The notes under the pieces are model-generated. The model worked only from the letters and a program-made list of their open reading frames with translations. It searched no databases and was not told where the DNA came from. A DNA stretch of 64,000 bases from a virus (Duplodnaviria; Caudoviricetes), in the IMG/VR virus record IMGVR_UViG_3300011444_000011, positions 30,424 through 94,423 of that record; one strand, 5' to 3'. The position numbers were made by a program, and so were the translations under genes. Every line of letters begins with the position of its first letter. Position 1 is the first letter of the stretch. Positions 1 to 9,381 of the stretch are shown here, piece after piece.

Positions 1-18
1 TGCGATATCGACGTTGAC

Positions 19-228
19 GTGCTTGAAATCGACCAGTCGCATCGGGAAGAGCCGGTGCAGTGGTACTGGATTGACGAAGCACTGGACATTTTACCTCTGA
101 TCCCAAACCTCAAACTCATCATCCCATTACTGGACATAAACGCACCCGACTGGAAACTAACGGAAACTCCGAGCGGTCTTGTGTACGAGTCCTGTAACTG
201 GGAGACGAGATGTATGACCTCAGTATGA
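19..228 (+). CDS. hypothetical protein (probably 5'-truncated by window edge)
   Basis: ORF whose stop overlaps next start (ATGA at 225-228). Confidence 0.55.
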   Translation: MLEIDQSHREEPVQWYWIDEALDILPLIPNLKLIIPLLDINAPDWKLTETPSGLVYESCNWETRCMTSV

Positions 229-665
229 AGTCATACTGCCGCGGGCATCTCGACTACCTTGTTGATATTGATATCAAGTCCTATGACGAAGTCTGGGAGC
301 CTAATCAACTTCACAAGGTCGGTCGCGATATCCGTGTCTGTGTGATGGACACGTCGGATGAGATAGTCGGCTTTTATCTGGTCAACGCTCAAGCTGGCCG
401 GTTGGGTCGCTTAATCAAGTTTGCTGTGAAACCGTCCTGGCGTCGTCAAGGCATCGGGACGTTCATGATGGAGAATCTGCTATTGCAATCGTGGGAGCTA
501 ACGACTTTGTCGTGTCTTGTGGACGAAGCCGAGCTTCCGGCCCAACTCTTCCTGAAGGAAAATTACTTCGGATGCCGCCGCCAGTTGAAAGGGCGAAATG
601 GAAACATCAACTACCTCTTCACCCGACCAACCTGCGCCCAGCGTGGTGAAACTCGGGCGAGCTAA
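225..665 (+). CDS. GNAT-family (RimI-like) N-acetyltransferase
   Basis: Motif A FAVKPSWRRQGIG and motif B VDEAELPAQLFLKENYF. Confidence 0.85.
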   Translation: MKSYCRGHLDYLVDIDIKSYDEVWEPNQLHKVGRDIRVCVMDTSDEIVGFYLVNAQAGRLGRLIKFAVKPSWRRQGIGTFMMENLLLQSWELTTLSCLVDEAELPAQLFLKENYFGCRRQLKGRNGNINYLFTRPTCAQRGETRAS

Positions 666-1050
666 TTTCGACCCAAGCAAGTATTCGTTGATTATCCTCA
701 AGCCGGATGCAATGCTAGGTGATTTGTGGGGAGCAATCATGCACCAACTGGCCATCTTCGGTCACAAGCCGATGTATGGCCGGACGTTGGTGATGACTGA
801 TACTGATATCAATTCACACTACGCGGAGCATGTGGGTAAGGATTTCTTTCCACGGCTCGCGGAGTTCATGAAATCTGGCCCGTCATGGGTCATGCTTTCG
901 TTTGGATCGTGGTCAGCAGCACGCGACCTGTGTGCGAACATTCGCAAAGAATACAATACTAAGAACCCTTCAAACCTAATCCATGCCAGCGACTCGCCCG
1001 AAGCGGTTTTCCGCGAAGCGAAATTCTGGTTCCCAGGAATCTTCTCATGA
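598..1050 (+). CDS. ndk: nucleoside diphosphate kinase
   Basis: IILKPDA, HYAEHVGKDFFPRLAEFMKSGP, catalytic NLIHASDS, EAKFWF. Confidence 0.95.
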   Translation: METSTTSSPDQPAPSVVKLGRANFDPSKYSLIILKPDAMLGDLWGAIMHQLAIFGHKPMYGRTLVMTDTDINSHYAEHVGKDFFPRLAEFMKSGPSWVMLSFGSWSAARDLCANIRKEYNTKNPSNLIHASDSPEAVFREAKFWFPGIFS

Positions 1051-1253
1051 CTGTCGAATGGATCGGCCCTCGCGGCTTCCGCCGCTGTACTTTGTCGAGA
1101 GACCTTGCCACTGCGAAACGAGAGTTCGCCGGCATGGCTCCCTACGTCGAGTACAGCGACGGTGGCAAGACGCTGGGATACACGTTGAACCAATCAACGC
1201 CGCAATCACTGGCACCAATGTTTGCGGTGCAACTGCGAAGGGAACGAATATGA
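1047..1253 (+). CDS. hypothetical protein
   Basis: ATGA-coupled on both sides. Confidence 0.6.
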   Translation: MTVEWIGPRGFRRCTLSRDLATAKREFAGMAPYVEYSDGGKTLGYTLNQSTPQSLAPMFAVQLRRERI

Positions 1254-1627
1254 TTGTGCAATCAAGTGACGGGTACTTCTACCAAAATCCCCGTTTCACG
1301 ACGACGATTGCCATTGTCGAGTTCACTGACGATGGATGTTTTCTGTTTCGCAAGGGTAATGTAAGCTGGAAAACCGCCGTATCCGTATTGAGGCCACTTG
1401 GCATCAAAGCCAAGTTAGTCTTTGGAGCGGTGGCTCCGGGTGCCCAGAAGATCATCAACGGCGATTTGATATCAACGACACAATTCACCATCCAACTTAC
1501 CGGCCCGATTCCGACTCCACACAATCATCAAGCCTGCATCCGGGAGCCTGTCTCCGACAACGAAGAAATCATCCGCTTCAAGGTCAAGAAACCGCGTCGC
1601 ACTGTTCCAAGTGATGGCTCACCATGA
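1250..1627 (+). CDS. hypothetical protein; weak similarity to tail protein 52157-52705 C-terminus
   Basis: ATGA coupling; segment AQKIINGDLISTTQFTIQL. Confidence 0.6.
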   Translation: MIVQSSDGYFYQNPRFTTTIAIVEFTDDGCFLFRKGNVSWKTAVSVLRPLGIKAKLVFGAVAPGAQKIINGDLISTTQFTIQLTGPIPTPHNHQACIREPVSDNEEIIRFKVKKPRRTVPSDGSP

Positions 1628-1932
1628 TTGAAGGCGAGACAACGTGGGGTGAGATTGATCTCAATTGGGGTGATATCATGCAACTGCTCCGGGAAAGGTT
1701 GCCGGTCCAAGATGAGATCGGACTTAACCGGGCAGGCGTCATGGTCAAGACACAACGCCCTATGATTGAGGATATCGTCTGTGCCCGTTCGGCCCGTGAT
1801 GATATCCTAATTGCTTATCTGGCTGCTGCCGGCATCATTGTCCGACTAAGCACTTACCGGGAACCAAGATCAATAGACACCGACGCCCACGACAGAATTG
1901 GATTCGGCCAGGGTGGCGAGGGACACAAATAA
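1624..1932 (+). CDS. hypothetical protein
   Basis: coupled ORF in + strand array. Confidence 0.6.
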   Translation: MIEGETTWGEIDLNWGDIMQLLRERLPVQDEIGLNRAGVMVKTQRPMIEDIVCARSARDDILIAYLAAAGIIVRLSTYREPRSIDTDAHDRIGFGQGGEGHK

Positions 1933-2327
1933 TGCAAATCGGCAAATTGACGCTGACGGATCGTCTCTACGAGAGTACGCCCGTCGCATTAACGAACTAT
2001 CATTCCGTGGAAGCTCTGCGGTATGAAGAGTTCCATACACGGTTGTTGCTGTTTGGACCGAAAGGTCGGGGATTCTGGTCTCCCTTCTGTGAGGTCCAAC
2101 TGATAAATCGCCTTTCGGATGGCCGCTTAATCGGCGTCTGCTCGGCGATGGAATTCAAAGCGGTGACGTTTCTGGAAATTATGAACGTCGTCGTGGCGGA
2201 CTATGACCGCCGAGAAATGGCTAAGGCTCTTGATTTCATGCCCTTTGAGATCAAGTCCGGTCATACTTACCGATTTCAATATCAATTCCTGTTAAGGGGA
2301 CGACAACATGATTTGCGCAGAATGTAG
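1932..2327 (+). CDS. hypothetical protein
   Basis: TAATG coupling. Confidence 0.6.
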   Translation: MQIGKLTLTDRLYESTPVALTNYHSVEALRYEEFHTRLLLFGPKGRGFWSPFCEVQLINRLSDGRLIGVCSAMEFKAVTFLEIMNVVVADYDRREMAKALDFMPFEIKSGHTYRFQYQFLLRGRQHDLRRM

Positions 2328-2946
2328 CGGAAAGGGAACTTATGCTCCCTTGTTTGGCCCGTTGGAAAAGTGCCGTGCTTGCGGCGGCACCGGGCAAGCT
2401 ATCCGCGGTGAAAAGGCGAACAGCGTCATTGTTGACGAAATCGCATCGCCCTTGTGCGGCATCGTGAATAACCGCGTTGAGCGGTATGTCTGGCTTGCCC
2501 AGCGTTGGGACGCCCAGAAACATAACCTGACGGCGGGTCGCTGGTATCTGCACGAACCCGGTCGCCAGCCCGATGCTGTAGACGACACGAAGTCGCCGCA
2601 CAGCAACAAGCTCACGTTCTCGTTGGATATCGACGACAGGGCTCTCAACACTTACCGCGAAGAGTTTCCGTCTCGTGGATTCAAAATCCACACCGAGGTT
2701 CGTGATATTGAATATCAACGGGTACTGGGTGAGTACGGATCAAACCCGTGCGTCGAACGTGGAGTCCTGTTCTCCGGCTTCAATGCAAACTGCGGTGCCG
2801 CCCGTGTCGAGTTCTTCGCAAGCGAAGATTCAATGGGCATTGCCTTCGTCAATGAGATGTCGAGTTATCGCGTCGTGACTCTGGCATCCGAGTTCAATAA
2901 CGGCGCGCAAATCTACTTACCTCGCATCGCACACGGTAGACCATGA
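2308..2946 (+). CDS. N-terminal Zn-finger protein with terminase/helicase Walker-B-like fragment
   Basis: CAECSGKG...CRACGGTG followed by AIRGEKANSVIVDEIA. Confidence 0.65.
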   Translation: MICAECSGKGTYAPLFGPLEKCRACGGTGQAIRGEKANSVIVDEIASPLCGIVNNRVERYVWLAQRWDAQKHNLTAGRWYLHEPGRQPDAVDDTKSPHSNKLTFSLDIDDRALNTYREEFPSRGFKIHTEVRDIEYQRVLGEYGSNPCVERGVLFSGFNANCGAARVEFFASEDSMGIAFVNEMSSYRVVTLASEFNNGAQIYLPRIAHGRP

Positions 2947-3140
2947 AGAACCGACCGAAAACCGTCACCTTCACTGATACTGAAATCAAAATCGTCGAAC
3001 GCCTGATCCGCAGCGGAACGAATAAGGGATTAGGCATTGCTGATCTGATTGGTGGCGAGTATTCCGATTACCTCGAAGGTATGAATGACTCGCAAAAGCT
3101 CCAGTTTCTCGTGAAGATCGAAAGAATCGGAATCCTATGA
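2943..3140 (+). CDS. hypothetical protein
   Basis: ATGA coupling. Confidence 0.6.
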   Translation: MKNRPKTVTFTDTEIKIVERLIRSGTNKGLGIADLIGGEYSDYLEGMNDSQKLQFLVKIERIGIL

Positions 3141-3646
3141 GTTGCGACAGGAACAAGAAGCATGATTTGTATGATTGGCTGTTTCTGCTTTGGTTCGCGG
3201 TGATTGCAGTATCATTCGCGTCCCTCGCGTGCAGTTTCTGGCATCCGCAAAGCCGACACGACACTTACACGGCGACCCATGAATACCACTACACCGGGCT
3301 CGAAGACACACCGTCTGAACCGTGCGAAGCGTGCAAGTGCAAGGCCGGCGAAGATTGTTGCAAATGCAAGGAACCTTGCCCGCCAGATTGTGACTGCAAT
3401 GGCTCTTGTGTCTGCGGCTGCCAGAAGGGTGGGGAATGCGGTTGTCCGCGGGCCAAAGATTTGAAAGAGCCTCAAAAAGAGCCTCACGTCACGGAAATCA
3501 TTATCGACCTTAGCAAACCGTTGAAAGAAGTTCCACCGGACCTGTGTCCGCCGGAAGAACCGGCACCTGAACTTCCTAAGAAACCTACGCCGAAAGTCAC
3601 TCCGAAGAAACCCGTTCCAAAACTCCCGGACTGTCCTTCACCATGA
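3137..3646 (+). CDS. membrane-anchored metallothionein-like Cys-rich / Pro-rich protein
   Basis: N-terminal hydrophobic helix, then CEACKC..CCKC..CPPDCDC..CVCGC..CGC, then P/K-rich tail. Confidence 0.7.
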   Translation: MSCDRNKKHDLYDWLFLLWFAVIAVSFASLACSFWHPQSRHDTYTATHEYHYTGLEDTPSEPCEACKCKAGEDCCKCKEPCPPDCDCNGSCVCGCQKGGECGCPRAKDLKEPQKEPHVTEIIIDLSKPLKEVPPDLCPPEEPAPELPKKPTPKVTPKKPVPKLPDCPSP

Positions 3647-3804
3647 TGCCATTCATCACGGTGGTCATGATGTTCCTGGCTGGGCCGTACTACTCATGGA
3701 GTACGGCCCAGTCATACGGTTATGGCTACCGTAGGCCGTTCAGCGTTATAACCGCCCTACCGTCGGCTGACTATTACCCGCCGACGGGCATTCAGGACTG
3801 TTGA
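3643..3804 (+). CDS. small hydrophobic hypothetical protein (53 aa, not in ORF track)
   Basis: MMPFITVVMMFLAG...IQDC* fills the gap with ATGA coupling. Confidence 0.45.
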   Translation: MMPFITVVMMFLAGPYYSWSTAQSYGYGYRRPFSVITALPSADYYPPTGIQDC

Positions 3805-3805
3805 C

Positions 3806-4003
3806 ATGAAAGACGTAATCAAATACGGATTGCCGATTCCGTTGATTGTGATATCAATTATCGTGTACTTTGTCTGGAATCCGCCCAAGTGCAAGTGCAA
3901 TACCTGCACAGATAAGGTTTGCACGATATGCACTTGCACCAAAGACAAAAACTGCGGCGACGCGAATTGCCGGGTAAAACGATCCCGAAGAGTTCAGAAA
4001 TAA
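3806..4003 (+). CDS. small membrane protein with Cys-rich (metallothionein-like) tail
   Basis: TM helix then CKCNTC..CTICTC..CGDANC. Confidence 0.65.
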   Translation: MKDVIKYGLPIPLIVISIIVYFVWNPPKCKCNTCTDKVCTICTCTKDKNCGDANCRVKRSRRVQK

Positions 4004-4049
4004 ATTGGCATGTCGTCGAACTTCTCTGCAAAGAAAGCAGCTTCTGGAA

Positions 4050-4631
4050 ATGCACGATGAACCTGGAACTCAACCGCCTGATCTTCAGCAAGATCATCCT
4101 GCGGACGGCACGGCAGAACGTCCTGCGTCATCAGCACCTTTGGGCCGACCCCGTCCACGATCCGTAGCCGAATGGATTGACCACGAGATACTCTACGGCA
4201 CCACTCCACCGACTTCAATTTTCAAAGAACTGCGAGACCCGCCAGTCATGGGACCGATCAGCCCGCTTCAACCAGCACGCAAGCTCCAACCAACATACCG
4301 CACCGGGCCGACATGCCGTGGATACATTCATGGTATGGCTGACGAGAAAGGTATCACGCATCCGGTAGCCGCGGTCTTCGAGCAGGCTGATGGCAGAATC
4401 ACAATCAACCCGCTCCCGCCACCGGAACCGCCGTACACGCAGCACAAACCGGAGATCACGTATCTGTGGGATGACCCGCGTAAGGGCCGCTGTTATCGTC
4501 TGAACTTCGGTAAGAAAGAAATCTTCCTGACCTGGACCGAGATTCATTATCTTCAGCAGATGTTGGAGACAGACCCATGTCCGAGCAAGCCGATGGAAAG
4601 GGCAGCAACCTCAGGGCGCGTGCAGACGTAA
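4050..4631 (+). CDS. hypothetical Pro-rich protein (start uncertain)
   Basis: long + strand ORF filling the array. Confidence 0.5.
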   Translation: MHDEPGTQPPDLQQDHPADGTAERPASSAPLGRPRPRSVAEWIDHEILYGTTPPTSIFKELRDPPVMGPISPLQPARKLQPTYRTGPTCRGYIHGMADEKGITHPVAAVFEQADGRITINPLPPPEPPYTQHKPEITYLWDDPRKGRCYRLNFGKKEIFLTWTEIHYLQQMLETDPCPSKPMERAATSGRVQT

Positions 4632-4719
4632 AGAAACGCCATCGTCGGAAAGAACGACGACGGGCCAAGAAAGACCCGGAAACGGCACCGAAGTATCGCA
4701 AATATGATGGATACCTGAC

Positions 4720-4941
4720 ATGAGAGTTGATACTAAAATCAAATACAGTTGGTTGTGTTTTCGGCGGCTAGTCGCCAGATTAGAGCGGTTGAAGAAAAAG
4801 AAGCGACGCACGCTTCGTCCATTCTGGCGATCAGGAAAAAGCTCGAACCGTGCCTATTGGGCACGGGAACGAAGACGAGTGGATGCCGCCCGACGAGAAG
4901 CCTCACGCAATCCTCTGTGTTGGAAAGACACCGCACAATGA
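4720..4941 (+). CDS. hypothetical basic protein
   Basis: ATGA-coupled to phosphoesterase. Confidence 0.45.
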   Translation: MRVDTKIKYSWLCFRRLVARLERLKKKKRRTLRPFWRSGKSSNRAYWARERRRVDAARREASRNPLCWKDTAQ

Positions 4942-5558
4942 AGTGGTTCATGGGAGACCCACACTTTGACCACGAACAGGTCATCAATATGTGCAACCGG
5001 CCCTTCAAGACGGTTGCGGAAATGAATGATTGCTTGATATCCGAGACAAACTCATTCGTCGATAGGAAAGACGAACTGTATATCGTCGGAGACTTCTGCT
5101 GGCACCGACCGGCCTATTTCCGTCAAGCCATCCGGTGCAAGAACGTCCATCTGATCTGGGGTAATCATGACCGGCCAAACTACGCCACATATTTCAAGAC
5201 TGCTCGCGACACTGCGATGGTTAAGTTTTGCAGCACGTCGAACGATCCTGATACTGGCAAGAGGATTCTGTGCCATCTTTCTCACTATCCTCACGCTTTT
5301 TGGCCTGCCAGCCATTATGGGAGCCTACACCTTTATGGACACTTGCACCGCCAGCGAGAGGCGTGGCTTGATATTGCTCTCGGTTCTGACCGTCGCAGTA
5401 TGGATTGCGGCGTTGATTATATCCATCATCTTACAGGGCGTTTCCGTCCGATCTCCGAATTCGAAGTCGCAGGAATGCTCCTGAAACGAAAGGGCCACGA
5501 CCACGTTGCCTTCTACAAGGCTTTCCAACAAGCAATAGGTGCTATCGGGAAGAACTAA
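4938..5558 (+). CDS. calcineurin-like metallophosphoesterase
   Basis: GDPHFDH, VGDF, GNHD, SHYP, HLYGHLH motifs. Confidence 0.9.
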   Translation: MKWFMGDPHFDHEQVINMCNRPFKTVAEMNDCLISETNSFVDRKDELYIVGDFCWHRPAYFRQAIRCKNVHLIWGNHDRPNYATYFKTARDTAMVKFCSTSNDPDTGKRILCHLSHYPHAFWPASHYGSLHLYGHLHRQREAWLDIALGSDRRSMDCGVDYIHHLTGRFRPISEFEVAGMLLKRKGHDHVAFYKAFQQAIGAIGKN

Positions 5559-5559
5559 A

Positions 5560-5694
5560 ATGACTGATACTGATATCAATATCCTTCCATTCCATATCCC
5601 ATCACCCCGTGACGACTGCGATCACAGCGAACAGGATGCCGACAGCTTCCACCACGTTTGTCTGATCTGCGGCGTAGAATGGTACGAGCTATGA
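5560..5694 (+). CDS. small hypothetical protein with CxH..CxxC (not in ORF track)
   Basis: MTDTDINILP...CDH...CLICGVEWYEL*, ATGA-coupled. Confidence 0.45.
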   Translation: MTDTDINILPFHIPSPRDDCDHSEQDADSFHHVCLICGVEWYEL

Positions 5695-5900
5695 GCAATT
5701 CAGCCACGCATTCCGAACACGTCAACGCCCCGCAGGTCAAGAAGACCGCTTCAACAACTTTCTCAATGCTTCAGATCGTCGAAGCACTGAACACCGTCTA
5801 CCCTGATTTGAAGATTGATTTCCAAACCGTTCGGGCTCGCCACAGCCACGAGCCGAACGTCCAAATCACAACCGTCGAACTGGAGTGGACCGAAAAATGA
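5691..5900 (+). CDS. hypothetical protein
   Basis: ATGA coupling. Confidence 0.55.
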   Translation: MSNSATHSEHVNAPQVKKTASTTFSMLQIVEALNTVYPDLKIDFQTVRARHSHEPNVQITTVELEWTEK

Positions 5901-6106
5901 GTAATTCGTATCGAACGGCCAGACAGGTGATTGAGCACCAGCGGAAGGTGGCACAGAACGTCTACAACAAGACGCTGGAAGAGTTGCGGGCAATGGAAGC
6001 GTTGCTTCAGCAGAATTGCCCACATGCTAATATGACTAATCATCCTGGATTCGCGGAATCTGACCCGTTCGACCAGTGCGACGATTGTGGATTCATCAAG
6101 ATATGA
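5897..6106 (+). CDS. hypothetical protein, coiled coil plus CxH..CxxC
   Basis: CPH...CDDCG. Confidence 0.6.
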   Translation: MSNSYRTARQVIEHQRKVAQNVYNKTLEELRAMEALLQQNCPHANMTNHPGFAESDPFDQCDDCGFIKI

Positions 6107-6288
6107 CGACCGACCTTGACGGCAAGCCTGTCTTGCTATTGAAGGAAGATGATGTGCGATCTCTGAAAGAGCAGCGGCCTTCCGCTGCGTTAATTGCTAG
6201 ACTGGATAAGTTTCTTGAAGGCTGCGCAACGCATGTTGCCAGTCCAGCTTTCGGAACCTTATCGAACCGAACTTCCCCGCCCGCCTAG
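6103..6288 (+). CDS. hypothetical protein
   Basis: ATGA coupling. Confidence 0.5.
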   Translation: MTTDLDGKPVLLLKEDDVRSLKEQRPSAALIARLDKFLEGCATHVASPAFGTLSNRTSPPA

Positions 6289-6312
6289 CACTGATACTGG
6301 AGACCGCCTACT

Positions 6313-6675
6313 ATGAAGACGTTGTACGGACACATGAAAGACCTGGACGGATGTGGCCTGACGAAAGCCAACGTCCGGGAGCCGAAGAAGTTCTGGCACG
6401 TTGATTTCGAGTGGCCCGATGCAATCTGGCGGGGCCACGTCACCGAGTCTCCGACGTTCAAGAATCTGTTCGAGGTTTGGAACTACGAACTGACCGAAGC
6501 CACAGTTCGGCTCGAAAAGTGTACGCAAGACATGGACAAGGCCGTCTGGCAACGTCGAATTGATGTTGCAAATCAATTGCTCAACAAGTTCAACGACTGG
6601 CGGAAGGATCGCAAATCGCTGCCAGTAATGATCGACGAGTTCTACATCGAAGTCACGGAAGACGTGCTACATTGA
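6313..6675 (+). CDS. hypothetical protein
   Basis: GGAG SD upstream, 120-aa ORF. Confidence 0.65.
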   Translation: MKTLYGHMKDLDGCGLTKANVREPKKFWHVDFEWPDAIWRGHVTESPTFKNLFEVWNYELTEATVRLEKCTQDMDKAVWQRRIDVANQLLNKFNDWRKDRKSLPVMIDEFYIEVTEDVLH

Positions 6676-6868
6676 TTCGGCTCAAGGGTGAACTGTCGCC
6701 GGTATCGCTGGCGACAAATTACGTTGATCTGATTGGCGCAAGCAGACGTGAGGGCCGTACAATCACCCGCCCTACTGATTGCCATTATAGCGTTCCTGTT
6801 AATCGCTGCCCGAAGTGCGGCAGACTAATGACCAAATTACCCTGTGCCATCTGCGAACTGGAGAACCC

Positions 6869-7285
6869 ATGAGTTTCGACCTGGATGCCCTGATGCTCAA
6901 GAAGCGGAAAGAATTTGAAGTCGGCCAAGTCAGATTCAGGGCGAAGGCAGAGAAGTTCATGTTGATGCACACTCGCATCAAGACGCTTGGCCTTAGCTGC
7001 GAAGTCCCCGCGATCTCGGAGTACAATATCGGTGGTGGGATGTGTCTCACCATCGAGCGGGAAGAGTTGCCGCTTATCAGGGAAGTCTTCGGCAAACTCG
7101 AAATCGGCGGCAAGGATGTCAAGAGCGGAGCGGATGGGACGATCTACGTCCACGTCCACTTGAAAGAGCTTCCGGGTTGCGGCGTCCAGTTCCGCTACGT
7201 GAAGACACTGTCAGCGGAACAGAAGTGTAAAATCAAAACCGTCCACAGCAGCTACGAAACCCTGGTCTGCGAACCGGGTTCCTGA
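6869..7285 (+). CDS. hypothetical protein
   Basis: GGAG SD, ATG at 6869. Confidence 0.65.
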   Translation: MSFDLDALMLKKRKEFEVGQVRFRAKAEKFMLMHTRIKTLGLSCEVPAISEYNIGGGMCLTIEREELPLIREVFGKLEIGGKDVKSGADGTIYVHVHLKELPGCGVQFRYVKTLSAEQKCKIKTVHSSYETLVCEPGS

Positions 7286-7293
7286 AAGGTACT

Positions 7294-7548
7294 ATGCACA
7301 ATGACTTACCGAATGCCGTTGCGAGATATGTGCGAGCGGTTGCCGCCAAAAAGCGGGCCGAAGAATCCGAGAAGCGGGCCAGTGGTGAGATAAGGTCCGC
7401 AGAGGGTGATATCCACCGCATCTGCGAAGAGATCGTAAAGATCGCGGATGACAAGGTGGCCTACATCGAGGGCGGTGATGAAACCGTCGTGGTAGTTAGC
7501 AAAACGATTTTGGAAATCTGCCCTCTGAAGAAAGGTTTCAAACCGTGA
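7294..7548 (+). CDS. hypothetical protein
   Basis: coupled ORF. Confidence 0.6.
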   Translation: MHNDLPNAVARYVRAVAAKKRAEESEKRASGEIRSAEGDIHRICEEIVKIADDKVAYIEGGDETVVVVSKTILEICPLKKGFKP

Positions 7549-7859
7549 TATTCGTTCAATTCACACTCGGCATTCTCTTACTCTGTGTCGCCTTCACCGT
7601 ATTCATGGTGGGTGTTATGGGGACTTTGTTCGTTATGGACAACATCGGAAATTGTGCCGATTCCGAGGAACTCGTTGATGAACTCGAAGACCTGCAACAT
7701 CGGTACAACGAGCTTGTCGAAACGATGCTGGCCGTCGAAGAGATTCTTGATCCCGAGACTCCGCCAACACGCGAGGAACTGGAAACGATTGCTGATCTGC
7801 GGGCCGGCAAGTGCAAAGTGATACTGGTATCAGGAGCAGCCGATGCAGTACCAGCCTGA
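7545..7859 (+). CDS. membrane protein with acidic coiled coil
   Basis: N-terminal TM helix; GTGA coupling. Confidence 0.6.
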   Translation: MIFVQFTLGILLLCVAFTVFMVGVMGTLFVMDNIGNCADSEELVDELEDLQHRYNELVETMLAVEEILDPETPPTREELETIADLRAGKCKVILVSGAADAVPA

Positions 7860-8439
7860 TTTCTTTGCCGCGTACAGAAAGTACCTTGATGATCCGGCCG
7901 TAAAGGCCACCCACGCGAGGATGTTCAAAATCTTCGACGATCACTTCGTATGCGGGTCGATGAACCGCGTCGTGGACCTGGGCTGCGGTACGTGCGAGTT
8001 CGCGCGTTACATGGATGAACAAGAGTGGATGAACAGCTACCACGGCTTTGATTTGGATATCAGCCGTGCTGATGTTGACAACATCGACAATGTCAGCATT
8101 ACCTTGAAGGAAGCTGATTTCACGACCGGCGATGTGATCGAGCCGCACGATATGTTCGTGAGCCTCTTCGCGTCCGAGATCATCCTACCGTGGGATGAAC
8201 ACGAGAAGTTGTACGACAAGTGGTTTGAGAAGGGCGCGTCGATTGGATTGGTGGCCGGCTTCCACTATCTGCATTGCCCGCACTTCCCGCAGGTTACTGA
8301 GAAAACTGGCTACACCGTCTACCAGACGACGCCCAGTTCTCCAATGCGCAGCGAACTACGGATGTGCCAGCAGGTGCCGCCGGGAATGTTCGTTGACCCG
8401 TTCGTTGAGGTCTGGAGAGTGATATGGCCGAGCAAATGA
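7843..8439 (+). CDS. class I SAM-dependent methyltransferase
   Basis: VVDLGCGT motif I, YHGFDLD motif II. Confidence 0.8.
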   Translation: MQYQPDFFAAYRKYLDDPAVKATHARMFKIFDDHFVCGSMNRVVDLGCGTCEFARYMDEQEWMNSYHGFDLDISRADVDNIDNVSITLKEADFTTGDVIEPHDMFVSLFASEIILPWDEHEKLYDKWFEKGASIGLVAGFHYLHCPHFPQVTEKTGYTVYQTTPSSPMRSELRMCQQVPPGMFVDPFVEVWRVIWPSK

Positions 8440-8885
8440 AACGACGCGGTTTCTTGGGCATGTTGGCGTCTTTGATACCAGTATCAAAGGTGCTTCTGAC
8501 CATTCCGAAACCCAAACCGAAAGGCCCGAGTCCCGACTTGTCGGGTGCCGCAGCCTGCCGCCGGACAGTGGCTGATCCGGTCGAGTTAGTTCACATTCCG
8601 GTGTCAGAGATCGACTTCCACGCCCATGACTCTTTCGTCCGGCATCCGGTTATGGAACACGTTCACCGACTGGCGGTGGATATGGAAGAACGCGGCATGT
8701 GTATGCCGATTTACGTCAGGAAGATGGCATCCGGCAAGTACGGAGTCATCAACGGAACGCACCGTGCGTGGGCTGCCCGTAGCTTAAAGTGGCCGACGGT
8801 TTTGGCCTACGTCACGCACACGACGGACGCGGAAGCACTGGCCCTATTTATTAACCTCAACTCACAACGGAGCGTGAAATGTTGA
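8436..8885 (+). CDS. ParB/Srx N-terminal-domain protein with twin-arginine-like leader
   Basis: MKRRGFLGMLASL leader; IPVSEID..LAVDMEERGMCMPIYV..YGVINGTHRAWAARSL. Confidence 0.8.
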   Translation: MKRRGFLGMLASLIPVSKVLLTIPKPKPKGPSPDLSGAAACRRTVADPVELVHIPVSEIDFHAHDSFVRHPVMEHVHRLAVDMEERGMCMPIYVRKMASGKYGVINGTHRAWAARSLKWPTVLAYVTHTTDAEALALFINLNSQRSVKC

Positions 8886-8987
8886 TGGCAGTAATCTCCC
8901 TGGGGACCGCGGGGATTGCTTTGCTTATTTTGGCAATTGTTACTTTGTTATTCCTAATTTGCGTTTGTCACGTTCAGGGAGTCCAAG

Positions 8988-9203
8988 ATGCGGAACGAGG
9001 ATATTCAGACAACTACCTCATCGACGACTTCACCCACGACGAGTTCGGAGATCAGTGAAGAACAGAGGCAAGATCAAATCTACCAGCTAGGCAACGTGAT
9101 GAACTTGAGCTTCTACGCAGTGAACCGGCTCAAACAACTCTCGCCTGATGCCCTGGCCGAACTCGTCTACGTCTTCAATATCAAACCACCCACCGGAGTC
9201 TAA
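8988..9203 (+). CDS. hypothetical protein
   Basis: GGGAG SD. Confidence 0.55.
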   Translation: MRNEDIQTTTSSTTSPTTSSEISEEQRQDQIYQLGNVMNLSFYAVNRLKQLSPDALAELVYVFNIKPPTGV

Positions 9204-9204
9204 C

Positions 9205-9381
9205 ATGCTGAAGGCTTTCAATTCGTTTCAACTCGTAACCGCTTTTGCCCTTGCTCCGTTCGGGATTCAGTGGCTCTCGAACGCGACGTTCAGCGGCGCG
9301 CCGGCCGCGTTCTGGGTTGGCATCGTTGCCTACGTCGTCAGCTTCATCGCCATGTGCGTTGCCGTCCACGACTCGGTATGA
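9205..9381 (+). CDS. small two-TM membrane protein
   Basis: two hydrophobic helices. Confidence 0.6.
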   Translation: MLKAFNSFQLVTAFALAPFGIQWLSNATFSGAPAAFWVGIVAYVVSFIAMCVAVHDSV

